Shown: in pieces, positions 1-11,140 of the stretch
Layout of the letters: every line of letters starts with the position of its first letter
Position numbering within the stretch: the stretch's first letter is position 1
Assembly: GCA_054600435.1 (NCBI GenBank)
Contig: BAAIJX010000003.1
Coordinates: 434,001 to 498,000, forward strand
From: Neophaeotheca triangularis
Lineage: Eukaryota
Reading direction: 5' to 3'
Length of the DNA: 64,000 nt
Made by a program: the position numbers and the translations under genes
The notes under the pieces: generated by a model
Seen by the model: only the letters and a program-made list of their open reading frames with translations
Databases searched by the model: none
What the model was told of the DNA's origin: nothing

Positions 1-211
1 ACCATAGGAAAGCACAGGAGGAAAAATGTGATCAACTTGGATCTCTGCGGTCCATAAAAAACGTGTTGTTCTTCCAATTAACCGTTGCATACCCTGTAAT
101 CGTCGTCCATCGTCGAAATCGTGCAGAAGCATAGCGTTTCCCTTTGTTCATATCCAGCGTATCCCCAGTCTCCCCAAACTCCCAACCGACGCACGCATTT
201 CGCAAGTAACC

Positions 212-868
212 TCAATCCAAAAACCCCATCTCCTCATCCATAACCCCTTTCAACCCCTGAGCCTCCCTCTGCACCCCAGCATTCACCGGCGGCCAGTCCA
301 GCCGACCCAACTCCCCCGCCTTCTCAAGCGCCTCCCCCAAAGCCTCTAACTTCCCATACACAACGTAACCCTGGCCTGCCAGCACCTCCGCAAGCTCGAC
401 TTGGTGATGGTCCAGGAGGGTGGGGTTGGGAACGACAATGAGCGGCACGCCGAGGCGAAGGGCTTCGAGGACAGTTCCGGAACCTAGGTTCGTCGTTCTT
501 AGCTCGCGCTCTTCTTCTTCAAGAGCAAGTAAGCGCTCTCCAAGGCAGCAGGGCTTTCAAATACCGGCATGTCCGATTACGCATCCCTCGTCACGCTCCT
601 TGCCGGCTTGGACGCGTTTCATGTGCTTCGCCAGTCCGGCTTTGTCGAGCTCGAAACCGGTTATTTGGAGGCCGGGTAATTGGGCTTTGGCGACGTGTTG
701 GTCGAAGAGGGGCTTGCCGCCGTCGCCGTATTGGATGAGGAGATCGGTGTAGGAGTGGGATTGAAGCGCTTTGGTGAAAGAGGGGGAGAGGACGGCGGTG
801 ATGAGGTCGGGGAAGGCGGCGGTTGCGCCGACGGTGAGGAAGCAGGTTTTGGAGCGTGCGGTGGCCAT
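212..868 (-). CDS. ALG13: UDP-N-acetylglucosamine transferase catalytic subunit Alg13 (GT28 C-terminal); exons 868-565, 483-212
   Basis: N-terminal FLTVGATAAF. Splicing GTAT..GCTAAG..CTAG joins [35 protein letters not shown], the Alg13 signature. Confidence 0.92.
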
Positions 869-1112
869 GGTGTTGGTGGGAGACTGTGGTGGGAAGAAGG
901 GCGATGGTTGGTATGGTTTGGTGCAAGCTAGCTGTGACTTACGGTTGGTTTCTTACATTATTTTGGATTGTTGGGGATATATCAATGGGATTTGATGTAG
1001 GTCGGAGGGAGGGGGAGACCGACATGGCTGATGGCTTGAAGGGAGCGGAGCTGTCTTGCATGTGACAATCGGCAGCAGCCAAAAGCTTGTCCGCCGACGC
1101 CGACGGAGATGC

Positions 1113-1123
1113 TAGGGTTAGGG
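1113..1123. promoter_or_regulatory. telobox-like TAGGGTTAGGG in the divergent ALG13/RSM24 promoter
   Basis: Motif seen directly, about 80 nt upstream of a mitoribosomal protein ATG. A role as a Myb/Tbf1-type site is inference. Confidence 0.3.
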
Positions 1124-1203
1124 CTACAATTTCAAGATCCAGGGTATCGACTTCATGCTTCTTCCAAAACAGCATCGGCAACGGCGACAGAGCATCAACA
1201 AGA

Positions 1204-2430
1204 ATGGCAGTACCCTTCCAACGGGCATGCTTCCAAGCAGCCCGACAAGCATCCAAACACCAATCCCATACACTCCACATCCGACCAAGAGCCGCCAACC
1301 TCCCACAATGGCCATCCCGCCCCTTCACCTCGGCCCCCCGATCTTTCGCCAAAGACGACGAACCGCCCATCCCCTCCGAAAACGAATCAGACGCCGGTGA
1401 AAGCGACTTAGCCCCCTACTTCAACACTGCCCTCTTCAACAGCCTCGACGCAGAAGAACAAGCCGTCTACCGCACCCTCAGCAACACAGAACGCAAACAA
1501 TACCCAAGCGTCCGCGATACCCTGGAGCAAGAATTCGACCGCGAGACGCGCTTTTCCCGCGACCTCGACCTCACCACGAATCAAGCTAGCGAGGAAATCG
1601 AGCGGCAATTCCCTACGCCCCGCGAAGAACGCACCGCCAGGGTCGAGGACAATTTCTGGAACATGGGCGAAGGGAGCGAGGCTTTCGGGCCCGAGGATGA
1701 GGTGCGTGAGGATGATATTTCGTCCACGGCTCACGCGCAGCTCGAGCAGCATCGCGAGATTCGTGACTTTATGCGGCGCGCGGCGTGGGAGATGCCGATG
1801 CTGGCGCGGTTGGCGAGGCCTTTTGAGCCGCCCGCGACCATGGGCGAGCAGGGCTTGTTGCGTTGGCGCTACACGACGTATATGGGGGAGATGCACCCGG
1901 CGAGCCGCAAAGTGGTTGTGGAGTTTAAACCCGCGGACCTGCCAGGGCTGGATGAGACGCAGGTGGGTAAAATGTGCAAGCTGGCTGGCGTGCGGTATAA
2001 CCCGTCGACTGGCGTAGTCAAGATGAGTTGCGAGAGTTTTGAGACGCAGGCGCAGAACAAGCGGTATTTGGGGGATACGATCCAGGCTCTGTTGAAGGAG
2101 GCGAGGGACTTAAGTAAGGATGATTTCAAGGATGTGCCGCTGGACACGAGGCATCATAAGGTTAAGAAGTGGCATAGGTTCCCTGAGGAGTGGCTGGTGA
2201 CTGAGGAGCGCAAGGCCGAGTTGGAAGCGAGGAGGAAGGGGGCGATGCTGGAGGAAGGCAAGAGGGTGGAGGAAGATAGGATTGTCGGTGGTGTCGCGGC
2301 TATTGAGGCTGCTAGGAGGATCCAGCTTGAGGCTGTTGAGTCGCCTGTCATGGCTGAGGCGAGGATGCCGTTGGCCCAGGGCAAGGTTGGGAAGAAGCAG
2401 ATGGGTCAGCAACGGGTTCAAAGAGGTTGA
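1204..2430 (+). CDS. RSM24: mitochondrial small-subunit ribosomal protein mS35 (Rsm24-like)
   Basis: Arg/Ser-rich presequence from MAVPFQRA. Conserved EQHRE-R-F-R-AAWEMP, LRWRYTTYMGE-HPA--KVV, LAG-RYNP and KMSCESFETQAQNKRYL. Confidence 0.88.
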   Translation: MAVPFQRACFQAARQASKHQSHTLHIRPRAANLPQWPSRPFTSAPRSFAKDDEPPIPSENESDAGESDLAPYFNTALFNSLDAEEQAVYRTLSNTERKQYPSVRDTLEQEFDRETRFSRDLDLTTNQASEEIERQFPTPREERTARVEDNFWNMGEGSEAFGPEDEVREDDISSTAHAQLEQHREIRDFMRRAAWEMPMLARLARPFEPPATMGEQGLLRWRYTTYMGEMHPASRKVVVEFKPADLPGLDETQVGKMCKLAGVRYNPSTGVVKMSCESFETQAQNKRYLGDTIQALLKEARDLSKDDFKDVPLDTRHHKVKKWHRFPEEWLVTEERKAELEARRKGAMLEEGKRVEEDRIVGGVAAIEAARRIQLEAVESPVMAEARMPLAQGKVGKKQMGQQRVQRG

Positions 2431-2913
2431 AAGCTGGCTTGTGTTGTAGAAATGTAACAATTGTAGACTGTACTTGTGTCTCTTACACCTTATCAGAACG
2501 ATATAAGAGCGTACAACGTTTACTCGCGGCCACTCGGCAGTTTGGGGAAGAATTGCGCTATGTACCTCACCGATACATGAAGCTACCTGTACCAAGCATA
2601 TAGTGCAAGCCAGGCTATCGGACCAACGATATCATCGTGAAGCAACATAGCGTATCTATCATGTGCAAGTATCTCGAAAATGCATCAGCCATTCCCAAGC
2701 CAAAATCTCCAAAACACCACAAACAATGCCCCTCCAACTTCCCTTCCTTTCCTTTCCCACTGCAAGGTCCAGAGTAATCCTGCCCATCATAATCCCCAAA
2801 CTCCACGCTAAAAACGCTTCCATTTCTCTCGTAAAATAAGCAAGGCCCCTCATCTCCTCATCACTGACTCCTTTACCTCTCTCGCAAATGCGAAATCTTG
2901 TGCCGGGGACACC

Positions 2914-5900
2914 CTACGCCTCCTTCAACCGCTTAGCAAACTCCGCGTCTTCGTCTCTGGCTCCGCTTTCCGCCGGGCGTTTTGTAGCCCCGCTTGGTGT
3001 CGTAGCTGGCACTGAGGTGGACTCTGCTTGGATCTCGGCAGGCCTGTCGGTGCCCGCGCTCGGTGTGCCTTCTGCTGCCGTTGGCGCGGGTTCTGGCTCC
3101 TTCAGCTGTGTGTTTGGTTTGGCGTCGGAACTGCTAGCTTGAGGTTCGGCGGGGCGCGTTGCGCCCGCGTCTGGTGCGGCGTTTGGGACTCCATTACCTG
3201 TGGCAGCTGGATCGTCGCTGGTTGTGAGGTCCACCATTGTTGGACCCTTGTTCACAGCATTAACCGGTGACGGTCGAGTTTGAGGAGCTGGTTGTTGCGA
3301 TCCTCCACCCGCAGTGGGCGCCGGTGCGCCTTGCTGAGGCTGCTGTGGGACTACCTGAACCATTGTCTGAGCTTGAGGATTGTCTGTACCTGTTGCGCTT
3401 GGTTAGCATGAGCGAATGGTGCTGCAGTGGCGGAAATACAAACCAGGCGGTGCGACGGCCGTCATAGGGGCAGAAGCTGTCTGTGATGTAGGAGCCGTGG
3501 CACTCTGTGAGGCAGTAACACTTTGCGTAGCAGTAGCGCCTTGTGGAGCAGTAGCGCTTTGTGGAGTAGTAGCGCTTTGTGGAGCAGGAACAGGAACAGC
3601 AGCAGGTTGAGATGCTGGAGCATTGTATGCTGGCCCCGTTTCGTTAGCAACTCGGTTTGGCTGCGTCGAAGGAGCCGAAGGAGGTGATTGAGCCGAGCCT
3701 GCCATGCTGGCAGTAGGCGCAATCTGCTGAGGGGGGTGCGCTGCAGCATTCTCCATTACAGCTTGGTTTCGTGGCTGCATAGTGGGCGTGGGCTGAGGCG
3801 GTACGTTAGTGGTAGAAGCCGATGGTGGCGCTTGAGCGGCGTTTGTAGCGACGGGGGCTGGTCCCGGCTGCACTGCTTGGTTCTGCGCCGACGCGTTCCC
3901 AGCCTGGCCACCATTGCCTGTAGCACCAGTGACCTTGTCGTTGGCTGCCTTCATTGCTTGCTGCTGTGGTCCCATACCCGGGATGCGCTGTACGGGACTG
4001 TTCTTGAAGACATCCATCAACCTCGAAAACACCTTTCTTTGTTCATCGGTCTGCTTTTCGGGTTCTGGCACTCCTGGATGACCCTGAATGTACAGTGACA
4101 GCCAACCAGAACATTCGGCGAAGATGGCAGCATGAGCCTCCATCTTCGTTTTGTCGGCAACATAAGGCGCCAGGTATTCTTGACGGTAGCTCATGATGAG
4201 GTCAATCAGGCTGTTTGTCTCAGCAGGATGCTGGCTTGATTGACGCGGTGTGCTGCCTCGGGAATGGTTCGGTGCTGGAGAGGCTTGAGAGGGTCGTTGT
4301 TGCTGATGCGGATGTTGGGGTGGAGGTGGCGGGTGGAAGCCGTTCTGGTGATGCTGAGCGGGCGATGGTCCACCCGCTTGGGGATGAACTTGCATGCCTG
4401 GCTGCTGGTGCTGAGGTGGCTGGCTCTGCGAGTACCCCTGGCCTTGAGGCATCCCATTGGGAGGCATTGGAGGCGCGCCGGGGCGTGCTGCTGCTGGTCC
4501 ATAAGGTCCAGGCTGCCCGGGCTGCCCATACGGAGAATAGTACGTGCCCTGTTGTTGCTGCTGCTGCTGTTGTTGTTGTTGTTGTTGACCGTTGGGTCCG
4601 GGGGCAGGGGGCGGCCCTCCGTAAGGGTTGCCGTACATAGATTGACCAGGATACTGCTGCATCTGTCCAGGCACTTGCTGCCCATTCATCATCATCTGCT
4701 GTGGCATCTGCGGTCTAGGCATGCCTGGGGGAGGAGTGTTTGCTCGTTTCTTCCGCTCCTTATCGATGGGAATGTCGTAGTCAATCTTCCAAAGCCTACC
4801 CTTACCTTGCTTGCCAGCCTCCACGAAGCGTGGGCATTGACCCAGATTGTGACGGACACTGCTCTGCCACCCGTTGGTTTCAACTTTGTACTTGTAGTAA
4901 GGCCAACGCTTGCACATCTTGTCGTAGATCTCCTGCAACTCCATTGGCTCGTCATTGTTTTCACGCAGGACTTCGTCAAGCAGAACAATGTACGTAGAGC
5001 TGGGCTTCTTCAGCTCCTCTGCAGTGTACTCGGACTCTGGCTTCATGGGTGAAGGTGATTTGACATTTCTCCTTATCTTTGGAGGAGAGGTCTTCTTGCC
5101 CTCGGCAGGTGTCTCGCTGGCCTGTTGGTGAGTCGGCGTCTCTCGGACAGGAGCCGCCATAGCCGGCGTTTGCGGCATAAGAGCAGGATCCACAGTCTCG
5201 ATACTTGTCATGATGGGCGCACCTGGAGCACCCGGCATGCCGTACGGCGGGGCTGGGCTTGGGTTGGCCTGGAGTTTCATAGCATCCTTCCTGCTATTCT
5301 CCGCACGCACAATTTCGAGAAGCTCTTTGGCTTCTGGAACGGGCAAGCCTGCCTTTTCAAGCTCTCTAGCCTTTCGCTTCATGCCCGCCTGGTCACGCTT
5401 CGAAGCCAGGCCATCCTTTGGAGGTCGACCGGGACCTTTACGCTTGGTTGGAAGCTGTTCAGCCCCAAGGCCCTCAAACACCGAACCTGGTAAGATCGTC
5501 GGTGGTGCAGAGGGAAGCTGCCCGGGGATCGGCGTTTCGGAGCTCGTTGCAACATGGATCGGGGTGTGAGGTTCTCCCTCTGGTTTGATCAGCTCATTGA
5601 TGAGAGGCTGCAACTGCGCAGCGTCGAAATCGTTCTGTGTCTGAGGCTGAGGCTGGGGTTGTGGTATTGGTTGCGGCTCTTCTGGCCTGATGCTTTTCTC
5701 GGCTTTCTCGACCGGTCGCTTGCCGCTTTTCACTGCAGCTTCTGCTTCAAGATCCTGCGGTTCGTTGGACTCCTTAGTTTCCTTGGGCTCCTTGGGCTCT
5801 TTTGGCTCTTTTGGCACCTTAGCCTCCTTGGGTTCCTTGAGCTCTTTTGTCCCTTTTTGCTCGACAGTCTTCTTCGCTCCAGACTTTGATGGCTTCTCCT

Positions 5901-7794
5901 TCTCCTTCTCCTTCCTAGCTGCCTTCTCGGCCTTTTCGTCCCTTGAGACCTTCAGTTTCAATTTGATCTTGGGTCGATTCTCTTCCTTTTCACGTGCTTC
6001 CTTTCGAACCGCTTGAACCTTGTCGACAAGGGGTTCGTCGTCACTTGCCATGTCATCGTCATCGTCGTCTAGCTCCGCGAACGCACCCCGACCCTCAAAA
6101 GTACCCATAGATCCAGGAGTCTGAACATCGTTCAACTTGGGAAGCTTGAAGACCATAAAGATACTAGTCACGCATATCTCATCATCGTGCTCCAGTATCC
6201 TCTCGTCCCCTTTGTAGATTGTATCGTCGTTTAGTATCGCTTGTCTGCCAAGCAATTTTAACTTCCATTGCTGGGCCGAGAAGTCATAACCAATCTCAAA
6301 GTGCTCACGACTGATGCGCTTGAGTTCGTCCTCTTTTTGAGAGTGTATGCCGACAAAGTGTACGTCCGGGTCGGCCTCTTCATCGTCCACCGCGCTCGTA
6401 CCATTCGCCAGGGCCATCTCGTGCATTGTATTGGGGTGAAGGTTCGCAGGCGCGATGGAGGTAGTTGATGAAGGCTTGGATATCTCTCTGAAAGTGCGTC
6501 CTTTGCGCTTTTTGCCATTGCCGCTTTCTTCCGAATGTGACTGGGGAAGAAAGGAAACGGCACCACCTTGCTCGCTGAAGTTGCTCGGTAGCCCACCCAT
6601 TGGTCTTCCAATGAGAGACTCGTCGGGGAAGGCATCCACAACATCTCCCCCACTAGGTCGGGAGCCTTGGCTCGGCTCGTTCTCATATTGCGCCAACGCC
6701 AATGCAGCCTCTTTCTGCGCCCTCCTCTCTTGCTTTTTCTTCTCCATCACGTGTCTTGCATGCTCGGGGTCCCGTCCAAATCTTACCCGGTAGGCGGATC
6801 CTCTGAAAATGTAGTCTCCGTCCGGAAATCTCAGTAGCGCGTACCCTGAGTCATTCTGCTCCTCTGGCTCTTCTGTCGGCAGGCGCATTCCTGTGCTTTC
6901 AAGTGCATTCATATCGGGATCCAGAGAATCCCCAACACCTGTTAGAAGATCGTATGACCCGTTGATGCCGTATGATGTGTCTGCCAAATCGACTGGTAAG
7001 TCTTCCAGCGAAGTGTTTGCTTGCTGCAGGTTTGCACTTTCACCAGGCGGCAAGTTTGCGCCTAACGCATCCTGATGCGTTGTGTCCTGCTCCGCGCTTT
7101 GGCGCACATGACTTGGCGGCAGATGGTCGGCGTAGGCAGGGAAGCCCGGAGTGCTCGGTATTGAAGAGTTCTGGGCTAAGAGGGAAGGTTTGGTGAATTC
7201 TGGAGTTATCGGTCGTGGCGCGGGAGAGGGGGAGAAGGTGTGAGCGGCGTCTGGAGGCAGCATTGTGGCCGCCATGTTGGTGCTATCGGACTCAGTGGGG
7301 GCAACTGGCTCGAACCGTTCAACTTCCATCGGGTTGCGGTTTGATGGTGCGGCTTCATCGCTGTCCTGGGGAAAGAGGTGGTCCGTGATGTTTGCGCCTG
7401 GCAAAGGCGCGGATGGCAGAAGCTGCGGAAGGGAGTCGCGATAGGCCGGATCGCTGTCGGAAGGGAGACAGAGGGGCGGCGATTGGTGGTGGAGGGAGGG
7501 GGAGAGGGTCGTGGCAGCGTTGCTCTGCGAGATGAAGTCGAGGTAGTCGTCGTCGCTGAAAGCCAGTCCAAAAGTTAGTCCAGCATCCGTCCTCGACCCG
7601 AGCCCGTCTTTCACTGCTGCTTCACCGCCCGCTAGTTGAAGATTTAATGCGCGGAAGGTGGACCCTGCATGCGGTCTGTGCACGCTTCCTTCTCCTCCAC
7701 CACCGCCGACATCACCGACATCACCGACACCACCCCCTCCCTCTCCCCCTCCCCCATCGATCGTTTTCGACCGGGAGGCAATCTCGCACGACAT
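2914..7794 (-). CDS. FHA + forkhead-domain transcription factor (Fhl1-like); intron 3443-3390; start uncertain (7794 or 7329)
   Basis: FHA-like GYALLRFPDG..GRD..ISREHFEI, AT-hook-like RKGPGRPPK, and forkhead KP--TY..LQEIY..WPYY..GWQSSVRHNL..F..GKG-LW. The GTTTGT..GCTAAC..CAG intron joins in frame to ORF 2914-3363. Confidence 0.85.
4550..4587 (-). repeat. CAA/CAG trinucleotide tract encoding poly-Q in the forkhead protein
   Basis: (TGT)/(TGC) runs on the + strand; Q12 in the translation. Confidence 0.85.
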
Positions 7795-8091
7795 CCTACC
7801 AGTCCATATCGACAGCCGTTCGATAGCGCCCGAGCTGGCACTCAAGGAAGACGCTACCCTCTACTTATATTTCTGCACTCCCACTACCAACTGTGCGAGT
7901 TACTCGAACGAGGCCTTCTTCTCGAAGAGGCAAAGCTAAGATTACTACTCATTCATCCTAAGCAAGTCATCTTCCATACGCCCATATCGATTGGCTCGTT
8001 CAACACCGACCGCTCACCCTGTCTCGGTCAAGGCTTCGTTGAGCTCCCGGCAATCTGACTCATCAACATCAAGTCAAACCTAGGCCATCTA

Positions 8092-8883
8092 ATGCCTCCC
8101 AAGTCCAAGAAGAGCAAAGTCGACACTCCAATTGCCAGCACGTCGAAGAGCGCGCCAGTAACGTCTCAGCAAAAGGTTCCGAGTTGGCCACAATTATCGC
8201 CGCTCCTATCGAGCGCCGACCTGGAACTCATCAACCTGCTTCCATCTCAAGTTTTAACAATCCCTCATTTCTGGACGGCAAACCTCTGCAAAACCTACGT
8301 GAACTTCCTTTCCAGCCTTCCTCTAACAACCACACCTGGTAAACCCAAAAAAGGCGACGCAGTTCGCGTAAACGACCGCTTTCAAGTCGAAGATGCCGCC
8401 TTCGCTGAACGCCTGTACAGCGAGACGGCGCTCAAAAGCCTAGTCACCAGCCCCGTCATCGATGGAAAGACGCTCACAGCTTCCGAGACGCGAGAGCTCT
8501 TTGGTGGAGAAGTGCTGGGTTTGAACAGCAATATTCGCATTTACCGCTACCAGCCGGGCCAGTTCTTCGACCAGCACTACGACGATTCGAATAACATCGC
8601 TTTCCCTTCCGCGGCAGCTGCATTGCCCACACCAGCCAAGACAACCTGGACGCTGCTTTTATACTTGACTGCACCCTCGACAGGCTGTAAAGGTGGCGAG
8701 ACGGTCTTCTACCCCGACGCGCCTAGCAAACGCGAAGCCGCACCACCTCCAGTTGTAGCCGAGTTGGAAGTTGGTTTGGCATTATTACATAGACACGGCA
8801 AAGACTGCCTGCTCCACGAAGGCCGCGAAGTAACGGCGGGAGAAAAATGGGTAGTCCGCAGCGATCTATGCGTCAAAAGATAA
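8092..8883 (+). CDS. 2-oxoglutarate/Fe(II)-dependent dioxygenase (prolyl-4-hydroxylase-like)
   Basis: LNSNIRIYRY..FF-QHYD (HxD), TLLLYL, GGETVF and LLHEG--V--GEKWVVRSD motifs. Confidence 0.9.
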   Translation: MPPKSKKSKVDTPIASTSKSAPVTSQQKVPSWPQLSPLLSSADLELINLLPSQVLTIPHFWTANLCKTYVNFLSSLPLTTTPGKPKKGDAVRVNDRFQVEDAAFAERLYSETALKSLVTSPVIDGKTLTASETRELFGGEVLGLNSNIRIYRYQPGQFFDQHYDDSNNIAFPSAAAALPTPAKTTWTLLLYLTAPSTGCKGGETVFYPDAPSKREAAPPPVVAELEVGLALLHRHGKDCLLHEGREVTAGEKWVVRSDLCVKR

Positions 8884-8930
8884 AACCCCCTATTCCGAAA
8901 ACCTCCCTCAAACTACTTGAGCCCACCCAA

Positions 8931-10031
8931 CTAACCCGCCCTTGTCGCCTCAACCAGAACTGGCATCACCGCCCCGGTCCCCAGCTTCCAACTCCTATGC
9001 CCCACAACCCTCAACAACGCCCCAATAGCACCCGAATGCGCCGTAAAACTCACCACCTCCGCCCCATCTCCCCCATCAACCCCCTCAAACAAATCCTCCA
9101 ACACCAACCTCATCCTCGCATCCACCTCGCCCAAATCCTCCCTCCTCTCCGCCTCCCACAACTCATCCCCCTCCTTGAACCCAGGCTCAAATCTCCACCC
9201 AGGCAGCCCAAAAACCTCCTCAATCTCCTCCCTCCGCGATCTCCGATCACAAGTGTGCTCCCCCATCCTCTCGCGCAACATTTCCTTGATAACAAAAGTT
9301 TTCAACCCCTCAATCTCACCCAACCCCCGCCAACTCAGTGACGCAGTCTGCAAACACCGCCACAGCGGGCTCGTCCACCAGAGCTGCGGCTCCGGCATGC
9401 GCGCCGCGGAAAACTGCCTCCCAAACACCTCATTCGCTCGCCGCGCTTGCGCTTCCCCTGTCGCCGTCAAGTGGGCGTCCGCCCAGTACAGCGTGCCGTC
9501 CGTCGTGAGCTTAGACCAATAATCTACCAACAGCCAACCACCATTAGCAAAACGAAAACCAAAAGAAACTAGTATCGTCGCATTAGGAGGGAAGTTTCGG
9601 TTACGCACCATTCCACGCCTCTGTGCCGTACTGCGCTTCGGCGACATTGTGCTCGCCTTCGCCGTGCCGCGCAGCGTAGAGCAGCTTGTACTGCTTCTTC
9701 TTGCGGCCGTCGGGTGCGGTTTCGGCCTGGCTGTTGAGCTCGTGTAGTGCCTTGGTTAGTTCCGGCCAGGAGAGGGGCGGAAGGAGGCCAAAATTGTGCG
9801 CCGGGTCCGTCTGGTCGGGGGAGTTTGCGAGTCAGTTGTGTCTGGTGTTTTGGAGATGGCTTGACAAATACAGCCTCGGTGTCACTTTCTTGCGTAGAGT
9901 AGAGAAAAAGAAAGAGCAAAGGGAGGTGGAGAACGTACATAATCCCATCCTCCGTTCTGATCATCCATAGCCGTCTCATCTTGTACAAACCACCCGGGCA
10001 TCGCGCGGAATTCAAACTGGGAGTTTGCCAT
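8931..10031 (-). CDS. PMU1: histidine phosphatase / phosphoglycerate mutase-like protein (Pmu1-like); exons 10031-9939, 9810-9609, 9523-8931
   Basis: Spliced frame gives MANSQFEF..WFVQD..DY, KLLYAARHGEGEHN (RHG motif), DAHLT--G, SPL-RCLQTA, LRE--G-HTCDRR and AHSG. Both introns are GT-AG. Confidence 0.82.
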
Positions 10032-11140
10032 GGTGCTTGCAGTCGGGAGTTTCGTGGTTTGGCCCTTTTGGCCGGCTAGGAGGTACCAAACACTCCCCAG
10101 AGCTAGGAGAGCAGCTGATCTGAGAAGGGAAAGGGTGGCTTTAGTTAGTAGTGCGCTTGCTTCATTCGGGGTGGAGGGTGATTGAGCGTGCTTTGGGGGG
10201 GTAAGGGATGTTGAGTGTGTTTGGAAGCCTTTCTGAAGGGGTTCGACCAGGTGTTCGGGGGACTTTCGGGCTTACAGAGTGAGGACTGGACGTTTGAAGG
10301 ACATGCTCCCATGCGTGAATGGCGAAAGCAGCTGTTCGGTGTTGATTGTGGGTGTTGTTGGCTTATTGGCGGCTGCCGAGGGGCTTTAGTACATTCGGAA
10401 AGGAAGACGGGAGCCAAAGGTGTTTCTAATATCTATAGAATGTTGATGTATCGGACTATCAAAAACGGAGCCCAAAGGTACAAGTAGATGGAGGTTTTCA
10501 GCATCGCTGCGCTGTGGTTTTTTGAAAGCGGGAGCGTTTGTGATTGGAAATGCCGGCGAGAATTCGCAAGCTGCGTGGAAACTGCGGATTTTGTTGTTGC
10601 GGCTTTGCTGCACTGTCTCGAGGCATTTTGTAGAACGAGTTGTTCTTGAAATATCGAATTCACATTTGTCGGTACCTATGTAGGTATGTAGAAGGATGGG
10701 GTACGCATTGTAATGAGGTTGCCAAAGTCGTGGCCAAGAAGGAAAGTATGTTCAGCTACAGAAAGCAGTACTCAATCATAGATAGGGTTTTGGTCAAACT
10801 CTACAGCAGTGGCACTGTAAGAAAATGCAATACGGCGCGACTGAGAACGCTGCCACGAAGACACTTCGGTTGGATCTGATAGTAAAAGTCCTTTGCGGGT
10901 GAAGTATTCTGAGGATATTTCAGCGTAACACTAAGGCAGCTAGTCAAGCCAGCCGTTCAAAAACGCCATCGCTACAAGCAAAAAGGTATTGGTATCCCCC
11001 ATCCCTTCTCTCCTATGCTCGCAATGCCGCCAAACAGATTCTAGGACAAAGGAGAAAGCCAAACCCATGCCGTCCTGCCTACCAGGCCGTTAATTAGGTA
11101 TACCCAGCACGAAATCCCAGACAACCAGTAACTCCAGCCC

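Noticed and set aside
1087..1203. TTG-initiated N-terminal extension of RSM24
   Set aside because: The ATG at 1204 begins a typical mitochondrial presequence; the upstream sequence looks like promoter/UTR.
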